Source: Takakia lepidozioides
Taxonomy: Eukaryota; Plantae; Bryophyta
Direction of reading: 5' to 3'
Length of the DNA stretch: 64,000 bases
Assembly: GCA_030704615.1 (NCBI GenBank)
Contig: CM060731.1
Coordinates: 79,918,001-79,982,000, forward strand
Shown here: in pieces, positions 12,401 through 25,556 of the stretch
Layout of the letters: the number at the start of each line of letters is the position of its first letter
Position numbering within the stretch: position 1 is the first letter of the stretch
Position numbers and translations under genes: made by a program
Notes under the pieces: model-generated
Database searches by the model: none
Seen by the model: the letters and a program-made list of their open reading frames with translations, nothing else
Told to the model about the DNA's origin: nothing

Positions 12401-15400
12401 AACTCCGACCCTAGATGTCACCTTAAGAGAGAGACAAGACTGCCAAACTAACCTTGGCAACCGTAAGCCCAATTGGGCACGGGCGATGTGGTGTGCGTGT
12501 AGCAAATACTCCAAGTTTGCCCCCATCCAGCCTTGGCACCCGCACCTAACTACACACAACACAACCCATTTGCAAGAAAGATGAGAAAAAGATTTTTTTG
12601 TCTAGTTGGCTTCAGTTGTCATGGACTAGGTTAGCAAGACTAGGTTAGTGAGTAAGCAAGGCTGGAAATAGAAAGACACATCAGAAGCCGAAGAGACTTA
12701 TCACTAAGCAAGGGAAGGTGAACAGTCAAAATGGCGAAGGCCAAGGGTTAGGCCTTTGGGTAGCCAGTAAGGGAATACCAAAGGTATTCTCAGAGCAAGG
12801 GGGAATCCTTGGGGAGTATTTAGGAGGACCTGATGTTGAGACTCTGGGAAGGAGATACACAGGCCTGTCCTTAATGCGTAAGGATGAGAACATGGCAAGC
12901 ATGGCAAGCATGGCAAGCTATATGACTTGGAGAGTACTCCTTAGCCAGTAGCAAGATGAGGACAAGGTTGGGTGGTTAATTTGCTATACGCTGTTGATGA
13001 AGAGACTAGTTTACTAAAAATAAGACTGGACTGTGACATCAGTGGATAATAATCTTGCTCTTGCTCTTGCTCTCTTATTCTCCCACTTGCATCAACCTCT
13101 TCTTTCTGGTGTGTTTTCAATTCCAGCACATGAATGAACTCTTCCCTGTAGCTGGATTGCTGCTGGCTATCTGCAAGTGCTATGGCAATTCTAGGTCGAT
13201 CCTATGTGCAATGGTTGGCGAAGACCCCCCTCTTGGCTTTGGAGGTTTACTAGAGGTTTAGGATGCGGTGGAGTGTCTAGCCAAGGGTGCTATCTCTCTC
13301 TCTCTCTCTCTCTCAACCTCAAGACAGGACCACCCTGTCAAACAGGCTAAGTCCTGGCAGAAGAGAGTAGAAGAGATCCTCAAGGACCTGGACCTGGATC
13401 CGCAAGTCTTGACCCTGCTGGATAAATCTGACTTAGAGGCTGTAGTGTCCTCAGCCATGTCTGTTGCCATGAGATTGTCTGATGAAAATGAAGTTAGGCA
13501 GAAAACTTCCCTGAACTTGTTTCCAGTCTGTGACATGGGGGAGGACATCTTGGATGACCTCAAGGGTCTACCCACTCTCGGCACTAGACTGAAATTTAAG
13601 CTCAGGGCAGGAAGCCTACCTTTGAACAGCAAACAGAAGCAGAGAGGAAAGGGAGAGTGCAATTGCCCGTTGTGTGGGCAATCTGAAGACAGTATTCATT
13701 TTCTGATACACTGTCCGGGGTTCTCTCACCAAAGAGACGCTCTCTTCAATCTATTAAGGGAATTGTGCCTGTACCCCTGTTTACCAACTTTGAAAGTCTC
13801 GAGGCTGAGCCAAAAGCCCAGGCCCTCCTGAGGCCTAGTTTTTGGGCAAATCACACACAGCAGATTGATGCTTGTGTGAAGGGATTTCTAGAGGATATCT
13901 GGAAAACCCGGATTAATTCTTTATATGGAGGTAAGTCTTACTACCAACGTCAGCCCCTGACAGACGTAGGTTCTGTCCCTTTTGTTCCCGCTCAAACTGG
14001 GCGCGGGGTCAATGGCCACAAGGCTACGGCAAACAACGTCTTATGAGTACAATCTAACCTCAAGGGCCTTCCTACCGTCGGCACATCTGTTCAACCCTCA
14101 AAATCTTGAGGCTGAGCCTAATGCCCCTTGATGGGGTCTAACCGCTGGGCAGATCACACACACCAGATTGATGCTTGTATTAAGGCCTTTCTAGAGGTAA
14201 TCTGGAAAGCTCACACATTGTTTATATCAAAGTAAGTCCCACTACTAGAGAGTGTCTGTTCTGCCCATACTGGGCACGGGGTCTATGGCCAGAAGGCTAC
14301 GGGAAACAACGCTTACGAGTACATTCTCCCTCTTTTCTGCTCCCTCATATTGGACATAAGCTGCGTGCAATCACACAAATGGGGATGTTGTTGCCTGTGA
14401 AAGAGCTTAGGCAATTCCATAATAAGGTCATCACCCATTTATACTGAGGTTTTTAAATAGGGGAGGCACTGGCCACAAGGCTACAGCCTCATTCTAATGA
14501 CCATTACAGCTATACAGCAACCTTCTGATTTTATGGGTACGTTAGCTCAGAGAAGCAATGTTCAGAGCCCAAACCTTATGGCTTTCACATCGAGATAGAA
14601 GTGGGCCTTAACCCTTACGGATACAAGAAATGGGTCAGAAGTATCCAATGTCTGAGATAAAAACCTTAGCTTTGAAATCCTTGTGGGCTGGCTGCTTCCA
14701 AAGACATGGCAGATCTGTGTTTTCATGAAACACGTACAGCAGCCAGCAGTGTGAATATTGTGCCAGCCCGTGGAAGGCCTCTGCAGGCACCCCCTTGCTT
14801 GACAACACTAGGGTTGCTCTTGCTAGAGAAACCAGCATTGGTTGCCGGGGCGTTCCATTCCTGCCATGAACTAGTAACTTCAGGAAATGGAAAACAAGAA
14901 TCAGATAGAGATGGAGGGAATCTTCTGTAAAATGTTATACAGGTAGTGTTTTTGTGTGTATGTGTTTGTGTGTGTGAGAGACAGATGGGGCTGCACCATG
15001 ACTAAACAGAGCTACTAAAATAAGCGAAATGTGACTTTGGGGAAGTCTTTCAACCTAGACAAGCTAAGAACCAAAACTCGCCGTATGATCACCTGGTGGA
15101 AAAGCAAGAACGAACAGTGCCAATGGGTGTCATAGGATAGGCCCCCACGTTCCCTTCCTTCAAGTCCTTGCTGCTCAGCAAAGCTTTTCTCAGCTCCTGC
15201 ATCAAACATACCCAGTATCCACTTATTGGCGACAGTGTTTTAGGACTTAGCAAAAAGAGAGATACATGGCAACTATTCTACTCAATCACAGTGCAACTTA
15301 TTCAGTAGTCGCCGGGGAATTGCAGGATTTCAGAGATTTCTTTCTATAATAATATTTGTGGTTATGTACAATTTAGGTGTCCCAGTGTGTAACATCTTAT

Positions 15401-17101
15401 AATTTTATTTCGAAGTACAGACAAAGAACAAGTAGATATGGGTGGGGCCAAAGTGTGGGAAGAAGATTTTGTTAGAGGTTGGGGGTGGGATTCCTGCTGA
15501 AAGGCTGGGATAAAACTAACAATCTCTCCAAGGATTGGCCAATCCAAACACACAGCTTATCTTCTGCTTCTCCCTCTCTTTCTCTCGTTCACTGTGTAAG
15601 CTGCCGAGTAATTGTGTGTGTGTGTGTGTGTGTGTGTGAGAGATATCTGGAAAGCCCAAACTAATTGTCTTTATCTTGGTACCAGAGTGAGCCCCTCACA
15701 AAGGTAGTGTCTGTTCCCTTTTGTTCCGACCAAACTGGCTTGAGTCTATGGTCACAAGGCTACGGCAAACAGCATCTTAGTACATTCTCTCTCACAGACA
15801 CACAAACACACACAGTACGAACTGGCGGTGTGTCACAGCCAATCACAAGTACTCTAAAGCAGCCAAATAGTGTTGGTATCAATATCATGCTTTTTGTATG
15901 ATGTCAATGGCAGCCCACAAATTTACAGGCAACCCCCAAATTTACACTCAACCCCATGTTCTGGGTGGTGGTTGTGATAAGTCAAAGCTGAGCCTAAAGC
16001 CCTGGCACTGTTGGGGTCTAACCGCTGGGCAGATCACACACAGCAGATTGGTGCTTGTGTGAGAGGCTTTCTAGAGGAAATCTGGAAAGCCTAAACAAAC
16101 TGTTTATATCATGGTAAGTCCACTACTGGAGTGAGTCCCTCAGAAAGGTAGTGTCTGTTTCCTTTGATTCCACCCAAACTGGGCACGGGTATGTGGCCGC
16201 AAGGCTATGGCAAACAAGGTACTACGGGCACATTCTCTCTCTCTCACAGGGTGTGGGGTCTAAAGGCCACAAGGCTATGGCAAGAAAAGGCACAGGACTA
16301 CAGTTGTCCTCCTATCCGTCTATTTCTCTTGAAGCGAGCATACTCTCACAAGATGCATCCTCGATTATCTCATTCTCATCTCGAAGGCTAGAGCATCCCG
16401 CTGAAGGATTAAACCACGTACCCGCTGCGCACGAATGCGGCCAGTGCGCTCTGCTGCACGCTGCTGTACAGCCGTCACCAATGCCGCCTCTAGCTCTGCC
16501 ACCCGACGCTGCACCCGTCCCTTCCATCCCTGCACTGCCCCAACTGTCCCTCGACACTTTTCTTCTCAGCAATCCATCCTTCATCTTCCTTCACTACTCC
16601 CTGCTTGTTATCCGTCAGTATTTGACAATAATGTCGTTCTACTTGCGACCAGCGAGATTATACCTCGGTCTCAAAATCTGACAATGTTGACAGTTATACG
16701 ATTTTCACACGAATGGGAGGAGAGAGTGGTAGAATCTTGGTAAACTCTTGAGCACCTCCAAGTGTCCCCTGTTCTTGAAGGTTGAGGCAATTGCAAACAA
16801 CATGAGCCGTGTTCATGAGTGTCTTCTCATGAACTATTTCTCTGCAGGCTTCAAGATACAAAATTTGAATCCTAGCTAAAAAAAAACCCACATTTGATAT
16901 CCCTCTACTAAACCCTGTGCGATACAAGATGCTAACGCAAGACGAGGGAAGTGAGCATGGTGCTTTCTCTCTACGCATCGAGGATGATCACAGAAAAAAC
17001 CCAATCCCATACAATACACTGAATTTCGCACCTGTAAGCACAGTGGCAGCGACAGCAGCAGCTGCCACAAGGGGCACAAGCAGGGACCAAGAGGGACCCA
17101 T
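9479..17101 (-). CDS. TRMO: tRNA (adenine37-N6)-methyltransferase TrmO/YaeB-like, multi-exon
   Basis: Approximate exons: 17032-17101 (MGPSWSLLVPLVAAAAV), 16421-16530 (AERTGRIRAQR), ~15093-15195 (YPMTPIGTVRSCFSTR), ~14665-14858 (NAPRQP..YSHCWLLYVFHENTD), ~12452-12547 (GVFATRTPHRPCPIGLTVAK), ~12154-12213 (LLSGADLVDGT), 11296-11370 (PVLDVKPYLPYCD), ~10280-10364, 9479-10031 (LIKQVLSRDIRS). Start codon is tentative. Confidence 0.88.
10596..11200 (-). repeat. LINE 3'-end fragment (C-terminal CCHC domain), dispersed family copy
   Basis: LGTRLKFKVRA..CNCPLCGQPVDNIHFLIHCP; same 3' tail as the other copies; lies in a TrmO intron. Confidence 0.8.
13150..14055 (+). repeat. LINE 3'-end fragment, longest copy of the dispersed family
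   Basis: RLKFKLRAGSLPL..CNCPLCGQSEDSIHFLIHCP..FLEDIWKTR, then tail GGCCACAAGGCTACGGCAAACAACGTCTTATGAGTACA. Shorter copies at ~14057-14326, 15640-15790, 15985-16240, 17978-18232(-), 21420-21480(-), 26715-27093, 31317-31382(-). Confidence 0.8.
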
Positions 17102-17532
17102 ACCGTGAAGTCTTCCGAAAGTCCCTTTCAATCCTTCAAGCTTCCCCATATTTGCTTGCCCTAAGAGTTTTTGCCTCTTCCAGCGTCCCATCTGCACTTG
17201 GAATTCTGGCCTCTGAGCTTGATCCAAGTTGACATCTTGCGTCCTCAGTACTAGATCCTGTTTAGTCACTTTTACTACTTTTGCGAAAGTTTTTCAGATG
17301 TTGTCATGACCTGTCGCAAAAGCATCATTTCAACAAATACCCAGCCCGTCCAGCAAGCTAACCCGTTTTCTCACACTACAGTATCGATACATGCACGTCA
17401 CATTCTGACTCGGATTTATTATCCGATCATAGTGAACAATGCTATATATACACTTGGCCCATTGTATGTAGCCTAGCTTCGGTGTGTTTGAAAGTTTTAG
17501 AGGATAAAGAGGAGGTGATCACCTCGCTCGCT

Positions 17533-18233
17533 ATGGCGGCATTCTCTCTTTGCACACCCCGGCAGCTGGGCTTGGCAATTCTCCCCTCCTTGCTCACTTG
17601 TCAACTGCCACCATGTCGCCGTCTCATTCCTCCACAGGGTATATCATCACGGCCGGATTTGTCCTCAAGTTCTTTGTATGGCTCATACATGAAATCGAGG
17701 TCTCGGAAGCCAGCATTGTCCGGGAGACAATGTCAGGTTGTTTTATGCTCGGGGAGTGGAGTGATGGGGGCCACCCCCTCTGAGTCTTGGCAGGCAAGTA
17801 ACAAATTATCTTGTTTAGAATTTTCTTTCTCGTGCTCCTCCTATGTTTGGCTCAAGAATATCCATGCTGAAGGGTTCATATCCACTTTCTTGTTGAATTA
17901 TCCTGTATAGCCGCCAATGCAAATGAACTGAGTAACAGTGGTCGTGATGTGGGCATGCACAGGTAGTGTGCCGAGAGAATGTACTCATAAGACGTTGTTT
18001 GCCGTAGCCTTGTGGCCATTGACCCCGCGCCCAGTTTGAGCGGAACACAAAGGGAGAGAAACTACCTTTGTCAGGGGCCGACACCCGTAGTATGACTTAT
18101 CTTGAAATAGACAATTGATCCCGAGATTTCCAGATATCCTCTAGAAAAACCTTCACACAAGCATCAATCTGCTGTGTGTGATGTGCCCAATAAGTAGACC
18201 CCAAAAGGGCCTGGGTTTTTAGCTCAGCCTCAA

Positions 18234-18297
<64 letters not shown>

Positions 18298-21200
18298 CAT
18301 GTCAAAGCTAGACCAAGGAAAAATCCAAACACAATGTGTTGTGTTTACCTCTTTTCAACTACAGACAGCCTACTTTAGCCAGATCTGCCTCCATACCTCC
18401 CTTTACATATCCTTACTGGAAAACCAGTTTTTAGGTGTTCTTAGTGGCAATCAAATGCACACTAGGTAGGCCCTCTCACAAACGGATCTTTCGCCTCACT
18501 TTCATATTCAAGGAATCAACAATAAAAGTAGGAAGTGCACTAGGGTCTCCTTAAAGGCAACTCCTTTCCATGAAGGTACAAGCTCATAGATCCTTCAACC
18601 CATTCAGAGCAAAACTGCAGGAGTATGTGTACAAAATCAACACGTACAAACAGATTTGATGTTTGAGAGAGCTCAAAGCCTCACTCCCTTAGTCTCTTGC
18701 CCTTAGTGGCATTTCCTACAACAAAAGAAGGTGAAGTGGCCTCACCAGGGTCCATCACAGCCAACCAACAAACCAACAGGGTAGTGATCCCGTTTTTCAA
18801 GTGTTGAAAGAGCCTCTTGCTTGTAGCCGTAGTTCAGTAGTAACTACTGCTTCTTCAGCTCTTGCCTGTTCATCTTCCAAATGAGAAGAGTGGCTGGGCT
18901 TCCTTTTGAGGTAGCTGCTGTAGGTTAAGACCTAGGGAAAACACTAATGAGTCACCCATTTCCCCTTTCTATTCTAGGTGAAATATTCTGAACTGCATAA
19001 TGGGATCAGGCAATTCCTGAGTGCTGTCACAAAGACAACCATTTTGTGAGAGAGAGTGAGAGAGAGAGAGAGTATATGCATTTGTACAATGAAAGTATTC
19101 AATTCTCGAATTTGTGCAGGGCCCCCTAAATTCGTCCGATGTAATTGCACTCCCAGAAAACACCACCAAGAAGAGGCTAGTCTGTGGAATAGACCAGACA
19201 GACCGGGTGGATCCATGGTTGCTGGCGGATAAAGACAGTCGGTTTGCTGAGTTTTATGGTGTGCAAATTCACTATAAAATGGCCCCCCCCTCCCCCCTCT
19301 CAGGTTTTTGCATCCTCCCTACCTGATGCCTCTCCTTTCTGCAATGCTTATGGTTTGCACTCAATTTTCTTCTGTATCTTACACTCATGCACACACACAC
19401 ACACACACACTCACCTACCGCTCGATACATAACAAAAGTGTCTTGAACATGCACGACGTTCATATTTAAATTTTCAATGTCAGTAGTTTTGGAGGGCAAT
19501 GTCTCTGATCCGTATCGTGTTTTATCTAGACACTTGGAAAGCTGTTGCAATTCGTTTATTTGGAGGGTGATCCTCCTTTCTGAAGTTGCATATGTAGCTC
19601 TGGCGCTCTGTAAATGCCATCTGAGACTCGATACAAATGTATCCCTGCAACTTGGGGTCACAAAATCAGTTAAAAGGACATCTATTTACTGCACGTGTCT
19701 GGACTTGGAACCTTATACACAGAAGGGGAGTTTTCGTGGAAATGAGTTGTGTATAATACAGGAAGAGCTTCTTTAAGAATAATTGCAACAGATCCCAGAC
19801 TGGACATAACATCAGCTGGTCATCACTGTGCAGTCTTCCTTGCTGAAGGCAGCCAGGGTCACCTTTGTAAAGATGACACTGTATTAACTGTGACCAATTT
19901 CCTACGAGGGGATTCATGTAACTGGGTTACTGTAGACTAATGTGATTGAATGAAGTGCCCCAGGTACAAGTACTCATCTCCTGGGTTTCACCCATATTTT
20001 TCTGCTGCTACAGATTCACGGGCTCCCATGGTGGAGTCAGGGGGGAGTCAAACACATCATCCTGTGAGACTTCCAGCAATTCTTTTGCACGGGTTTGGGG
20101 CATCCATTTTTTCATGGGAGAGGGTGCTTAAGCCCCTTGCAGCCATCATGGACTCAGTTGTGGTGGCATTTGACAGGCCTGCATTTGGCCTCACATCTCG
20201 CACAAAACACAGAGGTGAAAATGGCAATTTTACTTCCTTTCCTTTCCTCTAATGTGACATTGGTATTGAGGACAGCGAGAGTAAAGCTCAACTCTGCAGA
20301 CGAGAGCTTTCAGAGCTGAGATTGCCACGGTTGCTAGATGCATTCACTCTTCCTGCCTTTCAAGTACACATTAGAGTTGTTTTACAGTCTGCATTGCATT
20401 AGTTGCTGTCAATTTAAGTGTAGTGGATGGATTTTGCAGTGGCACAAAGGGTGGAGGAGGGGGGTCCAACCCCCGACCTCAACCCATTTGGCGTTGAATT
20501 CTCTGCAGCTGCAACGCGGGCGTTTATTGATTTTCTCCATGCCGAGAAAGCTGTTCTCATTGGGTAAGCTCAGGACTGTTCTTTCTTAAATCTTTTCCAG
20601 TTGGATACAACACTGAGTAGAGCAATACATGTAATACTTTTTTTTCTTCTCTCAGACTCTCATCAAACTGTAGGGCAGGCACTCAACAGGCACTCCGCAG
20701 GCTGCATTGTTGCATTGCAGGCGTTTCTAGAGGCGCCTGAGCGTGTGGCCGGCCTGGTGTTGGTGGCTCCTGCACTAGCAGCACCGATTGTAATTGGTGA
20801 AATTCAGGCATCGGCTGAGACGGCTGAGGGTAGGGTCGTGCTCTACAACATTTTTTTCCTTTGTTAGTCTCGATTTGAGTCTTATGTCTCGGCACTAGAC
20901 TGAAATTTAAACTCAGGGCAGGAAGCCTACCTTTGAACAGCAAACAGAAGCAGAGAGGAAAGGGAGAGTGCAATTGCCCGTTGTGTGGGCAATCTGAAGA
21001 CAGTATTCATTTTCTGATACACTGTCCGGGGTTCTCTCACCAAAGAGACGCTCTCTTCAAATCTATTAAGGGAATTGTGCCTGTACCCCTGTTTACCAAC
21101 TTTGAAAGTCTCGAGGCTGAGCCAAAAGCCCAGGCCCTCCTGAGGCCTAGTTTTTGGGCAAATCACACACAGCAGATTGATGCTTGTGTGAAGGGATTTC

Positions 21201-23988
21201 TAGAGGATATCTGGAAAACCCGGATTAATGCTTTATATGGAGGTAAGTCTTACTACCAACGTCAGCCCCTGACAGAGGTAGGTTCTGTCCCTTTTGTTCC
21301 CGCTCAAACTGGGCGCGGGGTCAATGGCCACAAGGCTACGGCAAACAACGTCTTATGAGTACAATCTTATGCTTGTATGAAATGTGGGCGATGGCTACAA
21401 GAGAGAAAAGGGAAAAAAGAGAATGTATTTTGTTGTTTGCCGTAGCCTTGTGGCCATACACGCCATGCCCAGTTTGGGTGGGGGAAAGGGGGAGAGAGAG
21501 GCGAGAGCAGGGCACTAGAATTGACATAAACTCAGATACCGAGTGAGGTTATAAGGATGAGAGAAGTTTGAAAGCAATTTAAAAGCAGTTCTGCTAGCTA
21601 TTTTAAAGGGACTGCAAAGTTTTCTTTTTGGCACCTGGTGACTGAGTTGGGCAGTCAGACGGATGGAACAGATGACGGAAAGCCGAGACCTGCTTGGAGG
21701 GCTGCCTTTGCATGGCTGCGGACTTGCCTTATGTGGGTGTTGGGTCGAATTGCAAAAATGCTACAAATTTTGAAAACTGCTGTTCAGGCATTGTTTGAGG
21801 CAGTTGTTCCAGGAAAAATGATAGCATCTGTGAAAGCCACCGTCCGCGCAGGCTATGAGAGATTGTTGGTGACAAGTCTCCGAACAGTCCTTGCAATTCG
21901 GGCGGTAATCTTTGTTGCTTCTAGATGTGCTTCTGTGTCCCCTACCTGTGGTAACAAAGAGAAAGAAGAAAGAAATAGTTATTTTATGCACAGTAGCTCA
22001 GAGAGAGAATGACATATGACATCTTTTTTCTCGACTTGTAAGTTTATGATCAAGGTTCATGAAGTTATAGCACATTGGGTGGTGATTTGTGGACCAGCGT
22101 AGACAAAGCATGCTCCTAGCCACTAACTTGCAACAAGTGTGCACATTTAACCTTGGTTGAGCTGGCAGTCACAAGTTCTGATGGTAGGCAGGCAGAGAGT
22201 AAGGAAGGAGCTCCACATAGACAGTTTGTCGTAGGCTTGTAGATGGAGCAGAATAGGAAGAGATCATGATGGAGCCTTCTCCAGTGTGGAAAGCTTGCTA
22301 TTGAACTTCAACAGATGGATCTGCTGACTTGGACATGAATCTTTGTCCATCTGTCCTCATTGCCAAGGGTGGGCCTTGCCGTTTATCAATGCATATGTAA
22401 CACACAGACCTAGTTTTACTGAACGAGACTCTTTTTCTTTGTGAGAAAATTCTTTCAGGTACAGATAATTATGGATAACCTCGGGACGCGGGCAGTGCGT
22501 TTGGCATGGTATGATACAAATAAAGCTAACAAGTATGTGATCGATGGCTATACCAAGGTAAAGAAGATTGGCTGATGTTCTTTGTGTTGAGTGTAACTGC
22601 TCCCTTTGAGAGTTGAATGGCCTGACAAATCTGTGTGAAATCCGGCTATGGTGATGAGAATGTCTACAGTCCTTTTTGAGCTTTGCAGCATTGTTTTGCA
22701 TTTGTAATATGTGGGAGCAGCGTGTCTTTGCCAGTACTGTACTGTGCAGCAGTTTGAATTCTCAAGCTGAGAACAAGACTTAAGATGTGATGTTTGTAAG
22801 GTCCTTCTTTTGAGTGATTTATTGTTCTAGCATGCTTTCACAATTCTTAAGAAGAGATGATTGTCTCTCTCTTTTGCCTTCTTCTTTAGCAATGGGACTG
22901 GCAGCACAACCGCAGCTGCCTTATCACTTCTGAGGGGGAAAGCACCAGTGCTGAAATTAACTTAGTACAATTTCAATGTCAGCAAGCACATCAGCTCTCT
23001 CTCTGTAACCAGATTGTCAGCAGATGTCCGCGAGTGCTATGCCGGTTTGGGGTGGTCAATGAGTACATTTCTGTGGGTGTGTCTGTGGCTTTTCATAGCT
23101 GCATGTTTAATATATGAGGTGACGCGGGGCTAAAGTAGTAGTGCTGGACCTGGACATATTTGAGTGCTGGCCAGGCATACACTCCCTCCTCTGTGCCGCT
23201 GTCCCAGATTTGAACCATACTTGTGCCCAGACTAGCTTTGGAACTCAACTCTTGCAAGCTTAATGGGTACTGCTAGTATTCAGAGGGAAATGGTAATGAC
23301 TGCACTTTATTTTTGATACATATTTGGCAGCCGTTGAGGTGCAAGGACTGGGAGAAAGCATTGCTTGAATTTGTGATTGCACTGTTGGTAAGTCCGACAG
23401 CTGGCTTGCAACCGCAACAACCACTGGGCCGACGTCTGAAAGATATCTCTTGCCCAGGTAATGTAGTGGCGAAACTTCAATGTTGTTCCTTAGCCTTGCC
23501 CTTGGACCGGTCATGCCATTGAGGTCCTTTAGTTGATGATAAATAAGGATATGTGAAACTGGTGTCCACATGATGTTGCACTGGCTCCAACCTTCACCTG
23601 AGTGCAATTTGGGAAGCCTTGACAATGAATACTTCTGGAGAATTTGTGAGTGTCTATCACTTGAGTGTCTATCACTCAGTTGATGTACAATGGAGGTGAC
23701 TGCATGAGAGAAGACAAGAGGACCTAATTTGAATGCATGTATTGATGCATGGCAGTGCTGGTGATTACCGGGGATACTGATCGGCTAGTGCCGTCATGGA
23801 ATGCCAAGCGACTCGCAGATGCTTTACCACAGGCGCATTTTGTAAGCATCAAGCAATGTGGGCATTTACCCCATGAGGAGAAGCCGGAGGAGTTTCTCTC
23901 CCTTGTGCAAGATTTTGTTGCACAACTTGATCCAAGAGCCGGAGTTGAGCTTTGCACCAGCATGAATAATGTTTTTGCACAATTCTGA
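17533..23988 (+). CDS. Alpha/beta-fold hydrolase (esterase/lipase-like), multi-exon, probable N-terminal transit peptide
   Basis: Exons: 17533-17793, 19120-19303 (LADKDSRFAEFYGVQIHYK), 20014-~20213 (LLHGFGASIFSW..AFDRPAFGLTSR), ~20440-20563, ~20690-20830 (G-HSAG nucleophile), ~21640-21904, ~22459-22557, ~23331-23457, ~23756-23988 (ITGDTDRLVP; CGHLPHEE). Ser-Asp-His triad motifs are present. Confidence 0.9.
18235..18297. repeat. (GA)n microsatellite
   Basis: Direct reading; abuts a LINE-end copy. Confidence 0.95.
20887..21366 (+). repeat. LINE 3'-end fragment, near-identical to ~13577-14055, in a hydrolase intron
   Basis: Very few differences from the 13.6-14.0 kb copy; same CCHC peptide and tail. 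Confidence 0.85.
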
Positions 23989-25556
23989 TCACATAACATG
24001 GTAAAACAAGGTCTTATAGGTGCACTTCTGTCGTGACATTTGGTTCCCTTCTGAATTGAATTAATTTATAACTGGGAGTCCCATGTAGTCATTTGGTGTT
24101 ACAAAATCTGAGAAGAGGTCTCTTGGTGCTCACTAGACTCAACATCTTGCCACTGGTCAGTTCACAACTGTGCATTTCTGAATGTACTTGTTGAGCAGTA
24201 TATAGGTCCAACCATGTTGAGTTGTCCATTTGCTTGCATTAGAGGAAGAATACTAGCCAAACAACCAGCACTGCCTTCCCCGACAGACCACTGACCTCAT
24301 GTCCCGGGTTTTAAATATCCTTGTCACATGTATTACAGTATACCCTGCAGCTGCACATGCTAGTTGTTTGATAAGAAGATTGAGAACTACAGCTAGCCGG
24401 AGTGGCCAAGAAGCTCCTGCAGCAACTAGAAGAATGCAAGCCTGGCAAGCCACTGATTGCACACAATGAGAAGCATTCAACCACACTTGTCCCCGCATAT
24501 GTTGTGTGTCAGCTGTTGATTCAATTCCAGCACCTGTGCAGACTAGCAGGTGTCATGCCACAGGCTTCAGCCATCGAGAGTCACACCTAGTCTGACTCCT
24601 GTTTCTGTCTCTTTTGGAAAAGTATGTGCTGGGTTTCGTACAAACTCCAACGCAGCCACACTCGCCCAGAGGAAGTTCAACAAAACAGCTAGAGAAGACC
24701 ATATCTGGAGGGCAAGAAAATGGATGTGCTCATCCCTAGATTGTAGGAGAGCGAGGCAGAGTTGGGCCCACGCATGCGACAAACGTTGGTGTGTAAGTAA
24801 ACCTAATGATAAGTAGGCTAAATGTGGTTTAGTTGCGCTCTTGGTAACGCCGATCTCGCACTTCTCTCTTTGCCGCTCTCCATCGCTGCACATGCCACGT
24901 TCTTGATTGGGAAGTCATCTAGGATGCGCTGCCGCTAGATTTGCGTCTACGTATTAGAGGAGACAGCTGCGGACAAGTTAGCATGGCTGTTTCTTTCTTC
25001 TCATCGATCGATTAATGCTGCTTCTTTCTCTGCTGCAAATCGAGGCAATCAGTGCACTGTCCTCTCCCTATTTCCAAATTATGCCTGGATTGGTGGCCCT
25101 CATTGGTGGTATTACATCGATTTGGTGGTCCTCACCAATGTTGTGACTGATGCAGAACTACAATTTCGCTGAAACGTTTAACCATTGAGATCTTCCCAGT
25201 AGTTCCATACATATGCAGCAGCACGGAGCGTCCTTGAACTCGAGATAAAGCCATTCTCTGGTTGTAGCCTTTCCTCCGAATGTGAAGTTCAGCGAGAAAA
25301 GAATGCCTACAAGGGGCTAGAATAAGGAAAGGAAGGGAGCGACCAAGGATCTATACACACAGAGGCACTTCAGTAGAGCAGCTCTGTGGATCATATTCGA
25401 GATCTTTCCAAAATTGTTGGACAAAAGTTCTGAAGGCGGCATTGGTAGTGCTCAGGGTAGAAAGTTACTTTCAGTAGTAACGGACCAAGAAGCAATTTGG
25501 CCTCATGCAGTTTCAGAAGTGGACCAATAATTTAGTCGGTAAACGTAGTTTTGGAA

